Assembly (NCBI GenBank): GCA_047602405.1
Contig: JASGHJ010000001.1
Coordinates: 1,376,001-1,440,000 of the forward strand
Reading direction: 5' to 3'
From: Anaeromyxobacteraceae bacterium
Lineage (GTDB): Bacteria; Myxococcota; Myxococcia; Myxococcales; Anaeromyxobacteraceae
Length of the DNA: 64,000 bases
In this document: positions 51,382 to 64,000 of the stretch, one piece after another
Position numbering within the stretch: the first letter of the stretch is position 1
Layout of the letters: every line of letters starts with the position of its first letter
Translations under genes and position numbers: made by a program
Notes under the pieces: model-generated
Told to the model about the DNA's origin: nothing
The model's input: only the letters and a program-made list of their open reading frames with translations
Databases searched by the model: none

Positions 51382-52311
51382 ATGCCACAGGTGCCGGACA
51401 CGAACCTCCCACAGGTGCCGGACACGCGCCTCCGCGGGAAAGTCGCCGTGGTGACCGGGGCTTCCCGGGGTGCCGGACGAGGCGTCGCGATCGAGCTGGG
51501 CGCGGCGGGCGCGACCGTCTACGTCACCGGCCGCACCACGCGCGGGGCGTCGCCGCCCTCGGGCTACGCCCGGATCGTCGAGCTCTCGAAGCTCCCGGCC
51601 ATGCCCGGCAACATCGAGGACACCGCCGAGGAGGTCACCCGCGCCGGCGGCCGGGGCATTCCGGTGAAGGTCGACCACACCCGGGACGAAGAGGTCCGCG
51701 CCCTCTTCGAGCGGCTCGACCGCGACGAGGGCCGCCTCGACCTCCTCGTGAACAACGCCTGGGGCGGGCACGAGGCCTTCGACGGCCGCTTCGAGGCGCC
51801 GTTCTGGGAGCACGACCTCGCGCAGTGGGACGCGATGCTCGACCGCGGCGTCCGCAACCACCTCCTCGCCTCCCGCCACGCCGCGCCGCGGATGGTGCGT
51901 GCCGGACACGGCCTGATCGTCACGACCACCTTCTGGGACCGGGGCCGGTACCTGCGCGGCATGCTGGCGTACGACCTCGCGAAGGCCGCGATGACCCGCC
52001 TCGCGTTCGGCATGGCCGAGGAGCTGCGGCCCCACGGCGTCGCCTCCGTCGCGGTCTCCCCGGGCTGGATGCGCACCGAGCTCGTGCTCGCCGGCCACCA
52101 CGCCACCGAGGCCACCTGGCGGGAGCGCCCGGAGCTCGCGTCGACCGAGTCGCCGCGCTACCTCGGCCGCGCGGTCGCCGCGCTCGCGGCCGACCCCGAC
52201 GTGCTCCGCGCCTCGGGCGAGGTCCTCCGCGTCGCCGACCTCGCGGAGCGCTACGGCTTCACCGACGTCGACGGCCGCCGGCCGAAGGCGTTCGAGCTGC
52301 CGGAGCGGTGA
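51382..52311 (+). CDS. SDR-family oxidoreductase
   Basis: VTGASRGAGRG, LVNNA, YDLAK (YxxxK), SPGWMRTE. Confidence 0.9.
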   Translation: MPQVPDTNLPQVPDTRLRGKVAVVTGASRGAGRGVAIELGAAGATVYVTGRTTRGASPPSGYARIVELSKLPAMPGNIEDTAEEVTRAGGRGIPVKVDHTRDEEVRALFERLDRDEGRLDLLVNNAWGGHEAFDGRFEAPFWEHDLAQWDAMLDRGVRNHLLASRHAAPRMVRAGHGLIVTTTFWDRGRYLRGMLAYDLAKAAMTRLAFGMAEELRPHGVASVAVSPGWMRTELVLAGHHATEATWRERPELASTESPRYLGRAVAALAADPDVLRASGEVLRVADLAERYGFTDVDGRRPKAFELPER

Positions 52312-52327
52312 CGGGCGCGCGCCGCCG

Positions 52328-53124
<797 letters not shown>

Positions 53125-53128
<4 letters not shown>

Positions 53129-53940
53129 GCGTCCATCCCCCGGTGCCAGCGCAGGAGCCAGCCGTTGAGCCGCGCCATCGCGAGGTCGATGCCGAGCCCC
53201 GCGACGCCGATCGACGCCATGCCCGCGATGACCTTGTCCGACCAGAAGTACTCGCGCGCCTCGAGGATGCGGTAACCGAGCCCGGAGTTCACCGCGATCA
53301 TCTCGGCGACGATGACCACGATGAACGCGACGCCGATGCCGATGCGGACGCCGGAGAGGATGTAGGGCATCGCGGCCGGGACCATGATGCGCCGGAACAC
53401 CGTCCACTCGGAGGCGCCCAGGTTCCGGGCGGCGCGCAGGTAGATCCCGTCCACGTGGCGCACGCCCGCGATGGTGTTCATCAGGACCGGGAAGAACGCG
53501 CCGAGCGAGATGAGGAAGAACGCGGGCGGGTTCCCGAGGCCGAACCAGAGGATCGCGAGCGGGATGTACGCGATCGGCGGGATGGGCCGGAGGATCTGCA
53601 CGAGCGGGTTGAAGAGCGCGTACGCCATGGGCCGCGCGCCCATGACGAGGCCGAGCGGCAGCGCGAGCCCCGCCCCGAGCGCGAAGCCGCCGCCGACGCG
53701 CACGAGCGAGGCGAGCGCGTCGTGCGGCAGCTCCCCCGAGAAGAGCCACGCGACGTACGACCCGGCGGCGGGGTCGTACGCCTCGACGGGCTTCGCGTAC
53801 TGGATCCAGCGCAGGAGGACGCGGGACGGGGCGGGCAGGACCAGCGGCGACACCCAGCCCATCCGCGAGACGAGCTCCCAGAGCCCGAGCGCGACGGCCG
53901 GGACGAGGAGCGCCTTCACGAGCTCGAGCGCGCGGCGCAC
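53125..53940 (-). CDS. NitT/TauT-type ABC transporter permease
   Basis: LRPIPPIAYIPLAILWFG, EAA-like AARNLGAS, AEMI...SGLG. Confidence 0.92.
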
Positions 53941-53997
53941 CCTACGTCGGCCTCCGCCGGCGTGCCTCCCCCGCGCCGGCCCGCGCCGCCGGACGCC

Positions 53998-54960
53998 TCA
54001 CTTCACGCCCGCCTTCTGCTTCGCCTTCTGGAGGAGATCGAGCTTCACCCAGTCGGTGGCCTTTGGCGGGGCGTCCATCTTGCCGACGCCGTACTTCACC
54101 ATGAGGTCGGTGGTGATTTGGATGTGCTCGGCGGTCACGTCGTAGGTGTAGGGCGAGTTGCCGATGGCGTCCTTGAAGTCCTGGCCGGTGATCTGCCCCT
54201 TGAACATCTGCTCGACCACGTACTTCTCGGCCAGGGCGGGATCGGCGAGGAAGGTCTTCGTCACGTCGACGAAGCAGTCGAGCACCTTCTGCGCGACGGC
54301 CGGCTTCTCCTTGTAGAGCTTCTCGGTCATGACGAGCACGCGCACCGGCTCGCCGAGCGGCGTGTCGTACGGCTTCATCATCTCCTTGCCGAAGCCCTTG
54401 TTGATGGCCTGGGACGACTGCGGCTCGGACTGGCACATGGCGTCGATCTGCTTCTGCATGAGCGCCTGGTTGAGGTCCGCGAACGGCAGGTAGACGAGCT
54501 GCACGTCCTTGCCGGGCTTGTCCGACCAGGTGAGGCCGGCCTTCGCGAGCTCGGCGAGGAGCAGGAGCTCCTGCGCGCCGCCGCGGGCGACGCCCACCTT
54601 CTTGCCCTTGAGGTCCGCGACCGCCTTGAGCGGCTGGTCGGTCGCGGCGACGAGGCGCGCGCCACCCTTCGCGAAGCCGGCCACCACGTAGATCTGCCCG
54701 CCGCCCGCCCGGTTCGCGATCGCCGCGTCGGCGGCGGAGGCGGCGAGGTCGACCTCGCCCTTCACGATGGCCGGGAAGATGTCGATCCCCTTCGGGAAGA
54801 CGATCTCCTGCACGTCGAGGCCGAACTTCTTGCAGTGGTCCTTCATGTACGAGACCGCGCCGTAGTGCGCGAACTTCAGGTTGCCGAGCCGGACGACGTC
54901 CTGGGCGGCGGCGGGGAGGGCGACCGCGACGAGCGCGGCGGCGAGGAGCGGACGGAGCAT
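53998..54960 (-). CDS. NitT/TauT/SsuA-type ABC substrate-binding protein
   Basis: Signal peptide from ATG 54960, DLKGKKVGV, IDAM...EP, and operon context. Confidence 0.9.
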   Translation of the reverse strand: MLRPLLAAALVAVALPAAAQDVVRLGNLKFAHYGAVSYMKDHCKKFGLDVQEIVFPKGIDIFPAIVKGEVDLAASAADAAIANRAGGGQIYVVAGFAKGGARLVAATDQPLKAVADLKGKKVGVARGGAQELLLLAELAKAGLTWSDKPGKDVQLVYLPFADLNQALMQKQIDAMCQSEPQSSQAINKGFGKEMMKPYDTPLGEPVRVLVMTEKLYKEKPAVAQKVLDCFVDVTKTFLADPALAEKYVVEQMFKGQITGQDFKDAIGNSPYTYDVTAEHIQITTDLMVKYGVGKMDAPPKATDWVKLDLLQKAKQKAGVK

Positions 54961-55124
54961 GGGGAGATTCCTCCTCCGGCGGGGGCCGGGTTCACGGAGC
55001 GTGGCTGCGGGCAGCCGGGAGAGCGTACCGTCCGGTGAGGGGCGCGGGGGCTCCCGCTTGGGGGTCCGCCGCCGCAGCCGGGCCCTTGCCCGAAACACGG
55101 GCAGGCCCCGGCCGTACGTGCCGC

Positions 55125-56595
55125 ATGCCCCTCGCACCGTCGCTCCTCGCCGCCCTGGCCCTCTCGGCGGGCGTGTCCGGCACCGCTTCCCCCGTGTCCG
55201 GCACGGCTTCCCGCGTGTCCGGCACCGCCGGTCCCCCCGTGTCCGGCACCCCGGCCTCCGCGCCCGCCCACCCGGACGCCGTCGACCGGCTCCTCGCGGA
55301 GGCCATGGCCCGGGCCCACGTGCCCGGCGCGGCCGTCGCGGTGGTCCGGGGCGGCAAGGTCGTGAAGCTCGGGGTCTACGGCCTCGCCGACCTCGAGCAC
55401 GGGGTGAAGGTGACCCCGGCCTCCGCCTTCCAGATCGCCTCCACGACGAAGCTCCTGACCGGCGTGCTCCTCGCCCGGTTCGTCGAGCAGGGGAAGCTCT
55501 CGCTCGACGACCCGCTCTCGAAGCACCTCGACGCGGTGCCGGACACCTGGCGCGCCGTCACGCTGCGGCAGCTCGCCACCCACACCTCCGGGCTCCCGCC
55601 CACCGCGCCGGACCCGAGGCTCGGCCCGGTGCCGGAGGCCGCCCGCGCCGCGCTCGCCGCGACGCCCGCGGCGCGGCCGGGCGAGCGCGCGGAGTACGGC
55701 TCGCTCGACTTCACCGTGCTCGCGGCGGTCCTCGAGAAGGCCGGCGGGAAGCCGTTCCCGCGCCTGCTCGAGGACGAGGTCCTGCGCCCCGCCGGCATGC
55801 GCGACGCGCGGTTCGAGGCCGCCCGCGACGAGGGGCTCGTCCGCAGCGCCGACGTGGTGCCGGGCCGGGTCACCACCTACCGCTTCGGCGGCGGCGCCCA
55901 GCGCGTCGCCTGGTTCCTCTACCCCGAGTACACGTGGGCGGCCGGCGGGCTCTTCGCGTCGGTCCGCGATTCTCGCGGCCTTCGTCGCGGCCCTGCAGCG
56001 CGGGGCGCTCGTCTCGCGCGAGGCGCTCGACCGGATGGCGGAGCCCCCGACGCTCGCCGACGGCCGGCCCGGCGCCTTCGGTGCGGGTTGCACCGTGGGC
56101 CGCCACCGCGGCTTCAGGACCCTCGGCCACAGCGGCGGCCCCGCGCTCGCCGACGTCCTCCTCTTCCCCGAGCTCGACCTCGGGGTGGTCGTGCTCACCA
56201 ACCAGAAGCTCCTCCAGCCCGAGCTCGCCGAGCTCGTCGCCGACCTCTACCTCCCCGCCGACCGGCGCCCGCCGCCCGGGCCCGCGCCGGCCGACGCGGC
56301 GCCGGAGGCCACCGCCCGCGTGCGCGCCGTGCTCGAGGGTATGGCGCGCGGCGCCGTCGACCCGGCGCTGCTCGCGCCGGGGCACCGCGAGGACGCGCCC
56401 GTGCTCTCGGAATGGGGCCCGGTCGGCGTCGGCCTGTGGGGCCCGCTCACCGGCATCGCGCTCGCGGAGGAGCGGCGGGAGGGGAGCCGCTGGACGCGCT
56501 GGTACCGGGTGAGCTTCGGGGCACGGACGCAGCGGATCCGCGCGACGCACGCGCCCGGCGGTGAGGTGGAGGAGTTCGAGCGGGAGCCGGAGTAG
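55125..56595 (+). pseudogene. Serine hydrolase (beta-lactamase/PBP-like), frameshifted as assembled at about 55970
   Basis: FQIASTTK (SxxK), LATHTSG, GHSGG. Removing one T from GATTCTCGCG gives DLAAFVAALQ, which joins ORF 56035-56595. Confidence 0.82.
55173..55249 (+). repeat. Four tandem copies of GTGTCCGGCAC (periods 21, 21, 24 bp) encoding VSGT repeats
   Basis: Copies at 55173, 55194, 55215, 55239. Translation VSGTASP VSGTASR VSGTAGPP VSGTP. Confidence 0.92.
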
Positions 56596-56695
56596 GGCGA
56601 CCGCCTGCGGTGTCCGCCCGCGGGCGGGCGTTCATTTGTCGCACCCCGCCCGGCGCCGGCCCCGGCTACACTGCGCGCGAAGTCGGGAGGGGATC

Positions 56696-57313
56696 ATGAC
56701 ACATCGGGCGGCGATGGTCCTCGCGCTCGCGCTGGCGCTCCAGGCGTCGTCGGCGCGCGCCCAGGAGCGCCTCACCCAGGGGCGGCGCACCTGGTACGCG
56801 GGCGTGGGCCTCGGCGCCGGCGGCGGCGGCCTCCGCATCGGCGACCGGGATCGCTCGTTCGAGGACGTCCTCGGCCGGTCGGCCCCCATCGCCGCGGTGG
56901 CGATCCGGTTCGGCAGCGCGCTGTCGGACGAGCTCATGGTCGGCTTCGAGGGCAGCGCCGTCGGCGCGGTGGCGTCGAAGCCCTCCGAGCAGGTGCAGCT
57001 CAACCGCTACGACCTCGGCGTCACCTGGCTGCCGCGCGTGGACGGTCCGTTCCTCCGCGTGGCCGCCGGCCGCACGGTGGTCGGGGTGAAGAGCGACGGG
57101 CCGGAGCTCTACGGCAGCGGGACGTACGGTGGCTGGAACGCCGCGCTGGGAGGCGGGTGGTCGCAGCCGCTCTTCGGCTCGGGCCTCCACGCCGTGCTGC
57201 ACGTCGCCTACGAGGTCCACACCGTCGCGAAGGCCGGGCTGGTCGACGTGACCTCGGGGCGCGGCTGGTCCGCCACGCTCGGCCTCGACTGGTACGGGAG
57301 GAGCAGCCCATGA
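56696..57313 (+). CDS. Probable small outer-membrane beta-barrel protein
   Basis: Signal peptide ending SSARA, alternating beta strands, C-terminal LGLDWY. Confidence 0.65.
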   Translation: MTHRAAMVLALALALQASSARAQERLTQGRRTWYAGVGLGAGGGGLRIGDRDRSFEDVLGRSAPIAAVAIRFGSALSDELMVGFEGSAVGAVASKPSEQVQLNRYDLGVTWLPRVDGPFLRVAAGRTVVGVKSDGPELYGSGTYGGWNAALGGGWSQPLFGSGLHAVLHVAYEVHTVAKAGLVDVTSGRGWSATLGLDWYGRSSP

Positions 57314-58629
57314 CACGCCTGACCTTCACCGCCGTCGTCGCCGCGCTCCCGCTCGCGCTCGTCTGCGGCTGCTCCACGGACGCGAGCGGCCTCGGCTGCC
57401 CGCCCGGGACGTTCGCGTCGGGAGGCCGGTGCGTCTCGAGCTACACCTGCGGCGCCGGCACGCACGAGGAGGGCGGCGCCTGCGTGGCCGACGCGGGGGC
57501 CACCTGCGGCGCGGGCACGCACGCGGAGGGGTTCGTCTGCGTGCCCGACGAGCCGGACGTCGTCACCTGCGGCGCGGGCACGTACCTCGGCCCGGGCAAC
57601 GCCTGCCTGCCGTACAACCCGACGACGCCGGTGACCTGCGGGGCGGGCACCCACCTCTCCGGCACCACCTGCGTCGCGGACACGCAGATCACCTGCGGTC
57701 CGGGCACTCACCTCGACGCCGGCGTCTGCTACCCGAACCCCCCCGCCTCCTGCGGCCCGGGCACCCACCTCTCGGGCGCGCAGTGCGTGCCGGACGCCGT
57801 CCTGAGCTGCGGCGCGGGCACCCACCTCGACGTGGACCGGTGCGTCGCGGACGCCACGACGACCTTCGAGCTCCGCGTGGCCGGCACCTCCCTCACGGCG
57901 GACGGGTACTCGAAGTTCCCGGTCCTGGTGCTCGGCCGGAACGCCGACGGTACGCCCTCGAACGCGGACGTCATCCTCTGGTCGTCGCGCCCCGGCTCGG
58001 GGACGTTCACGCCGTCGCTGTTCGCGCTCGGCCCCTTCGGCAGGACCGTCTCGTTCGTGCCGTGCAGCGCGGCCTCCCAGGGGTGCACGGGGCCCACCGA
58101 GTTCCTCCTCGCGCTCGCGAGCGCGCCCGACGTGGTCGTCGCGAAGGTCGGCCCGGTGCAGCTCACCGCGCCCGCGGGGGTCGGGAGCGCGGCGCCGTGC
58201 CTGCTCGGGGGGAACGCGCTCTACTTCGACGGGAGCGGCTACATCTTCACGGGCACCCAGACCGTCACCGACGGCGCGTGGTCGACGCCCAACTCCAGCG
58301 CGAGCGCGGTGCGGCTCTGGCTCACCCCCTCCCAGCGCAGCCAGGGCCTGTGGTGGGATCTCGAGTTCTCGTCCACGCAGCTCGGGCAGCCGCTCGCGGC
58401 GCAGGTCTACGAGGGGGCCGAGCGGGCGCCGTTCGCCTCCCCGGGCCACCCGGGCATCGACATCGGCGGCGACGGCCGCGGATGCAACACGATCTCCGGG
58501 CGCTTCCAGATCCACGAGCTCGCCTGGGCGGGGACCGCGCTCTCCCGCTTCACCGCGAGCTTCGAGCAGTTCTGCGAGCAGGCCCCGACGAACGTGCTCC
58601 GCGGCTGCGTGCACTACGAGGCGCCGTAG
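57310..58629 (+). CDS. Cys-rich repeat lipoprotein
   Basis: Lipobox-like LVCG-C, about 8 repeats of CG(A/P)GTH...C(V), C-terminal GDGRGCNT..GRF.I.E...FTASFEQ.CE domain. Confidence 0.78.
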   Translation: MTRLTFTAVVAALPLALVCGCSTDASGLGCPPGTFASGGRCVSSYTCGAGTHEEGGACVADAGATCGAGTHAEGFVCVPDEPDVVTCGAGTYLGPGNACLPYNPTTPVTCGAGTHLSGTTCVADTQITCGPGTHLDAGVCYPNPPASCGPGTHLSGAQCVPDAVLSCGAGTHLDVDRCVADATTTFELRVAGTSLTADGYSKFPVLVLGRNADGTPSNADVILWSSRPGSGTFTPSLFALGPFGRTVSFVPCSAASQGCTGPTEFLLALASAPDVVVAKVGPVQLTAPAGVGSAAPCLLGGNALYFDGSGYIFTGTQTVTDGAWSTPNSSASAVRLWLTPSQRSQGLWWDLEFSSTQLGQPLAAQVYEGAERAPFASPGHPGIDIGGDGRGCNTISGRFQIHELAWAGTALSRFTASFEQFCEQAPTNVLRGCVHYEAP

Positions 58630-58647
58630 CCGGGGCGGCCGCCGCGC

Positions 58648-59715
58648 TCACATCCGCACGAGCCAGGCCGTGAGGCCGGCGGCCACGGCGAGGAGCGCGC
58701 CCACCGCGAGCTTCAGGGCGGGGCTGGGCAGGCTCGGCTGCGGGAACTCGACGGAGGTGCGCGGCCCATGGGCCGCGTCGGCGAACGCCGTCGAGGCGAG
58801 CGTGGAGAGCTCGATGCGCGTGAGCGCGAGCGCCTCGGTGACGAAGCCGCGGTGGGTGAGCATGGCCACGAGGCGCGCGCGGGCGTGCAGGCCCCGGGGC
58901 AGCATCCGGCGCGCCTGCCGGTCGAGCGCCTCCGCGAGCGCGGCCGCGCTCTGCCAGCGCCGCGCCGGGTTCTTCGCGAGGCAGCGCTCGACGATGCGGG
59001 CGAGCCGCCACGGGCAGTCCTTCGCGAGCGCGCGGACGCGGCGGTGGCGGCCCTTGCGGATGGCGGTGAAGAGCTCCTGCGCGGTCTTCCCGGAGAACGG
59101 CTTCTCACCGGTGAGGAGCTCGTAGAGCGAGACGCCGAGGGCCCACACCTCCGAGGCGGGGGAGCCGGGCGCGCCCTCGAGGACCTCGGGCGCCATGTAC
59201 GAGGGGCTGCCGACGAGCATGCCGTCGCTCGTCAGCGCGTGATCGCTCTCGGCCTTCGCGATGCCGAAGTCCATGAGCTTCACCTCGCCGAGCCGGGAGA
59301 CCATCACGTTCGCCGGCTTCACGTCGCGGTGGAGCAGCTTCTCGAAGTGCACGTAGTCGAGCGCCTCGGCGACGCGCGCGCCGATCACCGCGGCGCAGTC
59401 CGGCGGCAGCGCGCCGCCCTCGGCGAGGATCCTCGCGAGGTCGGCGCCGTCGACGTAGTCGGTGACGAGGAACAGCCCGTCGTCCTTCTCGACGAGGTCG
59501 TGCACCGCGACGATCGCCTCGTGCCGCAGGCGCGCGTACGCCTTCCCCTCGCGGCGGAAGCGCTCGAGCACCTCCGCGTGCTTCACGAGCTTCGGGTCGA
59601 GCGCCTTCACCGCGACCGGCCGGTCGAGGGCCTCCTGCACGGCCTCGTAGACCACGCCCATGCCGCCGCGGCCGATCTCGCGGACGATGCGGGCGGTTCC
59701 GACCTTGCGGATCAT
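58648..59715 (-). CDS. Hanks-type Ser/Thr protein kinase
   Basis: IGRGGMGVVY, VAVK, HRDVKPAN, DFG, YMAPE, C-terminal TM segment. Confidence 0.93.
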   Translation of the reverse strand: MIRKVGTARIVREIGRGGMGVVYEAVQEALDRPVAVKALDPKLVKHAEVLERFRREGKAYARLRHEAIVAVHDLVEKDDGLFLVTDYVDGADLARILAEGGALPPDCAAVIGARVAEALDYVHFEKLLHRDVKPANVMVSRLGEVKLMDFGIAKAESDHALTSDGMLVGSPSYMAPEVLEGAPGSPASEVWALGVSLYELLTGEKPFSGKTAQELFTAIRKGRHRRVRALAKDCPWRLARIVERCLAKNPARRWQSAAALAEALDRQARRMLPRGLHARARLVAMLTHRGFVTEALALTRIELSTLASTAFADAAHGPRTSVEFPQPSLPSPALKLAVGALLAVAAGLTAWLVRM

Positions 59716-59987
59716 CAAGCGAGAGCGTGCACCGGGCGGCCGCCGGGCCGCAAGGCGCACAACCTGCGCGCGCAAGGGGTGCGCCCGGCGTCCCGTGCGC
59801 GCCCGCACCCGCCCCTTGACCGGATGTACGGGACGCGCCGCGTCGACGGTGCCGGACACGCGCGGGATCGCACGCCGGGCCTGCGACGATCTGGTACCAT
59901 CCGGGCCCCTTCGCAGTGGCGAACCCCACTGCGCTCCTCGCCAGGCGCCCCCGCCGGCGGCGGAGCGCACGGTCGAGGAGAAGACGG

Positions 59988-63617
<3,630 letters not shown>

Positions 63618-63630
63618 CGCGCCGCCCGGC

Positions 63631-63676
63631 CCCCTCACCCCGACCCTCTCCCCCACGCCGGCGCGCGGGGGAGGGG
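63631..63676. repeat. CCCCTCACCCCGACCCTCTCCCC...GGGGGAGGGG hairpin (REP-like element, possible terminator)
   Basis: Lies between convergent nifJ and the next gene. Resembles the widespread CCCTCACCCC.ACCCTCTCCC-N-GGGAGAGGG intergenic repeat. Confidence 0.65.
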
Positions 63677-63708
63677 TGTCGGGTCCATCCACGGGGCGAT
63701 CGGGCCGA

Positions 63709-64000
63709 TCACCAGCGCCGCACCGGCCACGCGCCGAAGCGCCACGCGCGGTCGTTCATGAACATCGCGCCCGAGGGCAGCGGCATCGCCCCGCACCAGT
63801 CGTCGAGCCAGTAGTCCGTCCACCACACGCCGCCCTCGGCGTGCAGGAACGCGCCGCTCGTCGACGGCCCCTGCAGGTGCCCGAGCTCGTGCGGCTCCGG
63901 GAGCTTCCAGTCCCCGGGCGCCGACCCGTCGGTGAGGCCGCACGCCCCGTCCCCGAGCGCCGCCGCCCACCGCATCGCGTCGGTCCAGGCGAGCCCGTCC
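63709..64000 (-). CDS. 3' end of a DUF1566/Lcl-like domain protein (partial)
   Basis: W.DAM.WAAAL.DG.CGLTDGSAPGDWKLP..HEL pattern, open to the window end. Confidence 0.62.
   Translation of the reverse strand, partial: DGLAWTDAMRWAAALGDGACGLTDGSAPGDWKLPEPHELGHLQGPSTSGAFLHAEGGVWWTDYWLDDWCGAMPLPSGAMFMNDRAWRFGAWPVRRW

Noticed and set aside
55173..55249. CRISPR-like reading of the repeat-spacer array
   Set aside because: Repeats (11 bp) and spacers (10-13 bp) are far too short, the array is in-frame in a CDS, and there are no cas genes.
57427..57860. DNA repeats TGCGGCGCGGGCAC as a separate repeat element
   Set aside because: They encode the CGAGTH protein modules and vary at synonymous positions.
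59810..59900. FNR site or sigma70 promoter upstream of nifJ (TTGACC at about 59816, TACCAT at about 59895)
   Set aside because: No TTGAT-N4-ATCAA symmetry, and the hexamers are not correctly spaced.

Overview
A very GC-rich (about 75% by eye) bacterial chromosomal window. Gene content and protein style suggest Myxococcota, probably Anaeromyxobacter-like (inference). It carries prfC, astA, dtd, a complete nine-gene shikimate/chorismate operon (aroH-aroF-tyrA-aroA-aroE-aroC-aroK-aroB-aroQ), hflX, proB-proA-rsfS, a NitT/TauT-type ABC importer, an ABC-2 exporter, four LuxR-type regulators, an ABC-F ATPase, an MCP, a hybrid histidine kinase, a Ser/Thr kinase and nifJ. An intact IS4-family element (43281-44723, 10-bp target duplication) lies directly upstream of a REP-associated tyrosine transposase (RAYT/TnpA-REP-like) gene. 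The strongest unexplained signal is an 11-bp quasi-palindrome, GTGTCCGGCAC/GTGCCGGACAC. I counted at least 31 exact copies by hand, against roughly 0.1 expected from composition. They occur as singletons, tandem arrays, one inverted pair and in-frame copies that write VSGT/VPDT peptides into proteins, and one sits just upstream of the RAYT gene. This is a candidate RAYT-associated minimal repeat or HIP1/DUS-like system. Five genes are each broken by one extra base, probably sequencing errors. I saw no rRNA, tRNA or CRISPR array.
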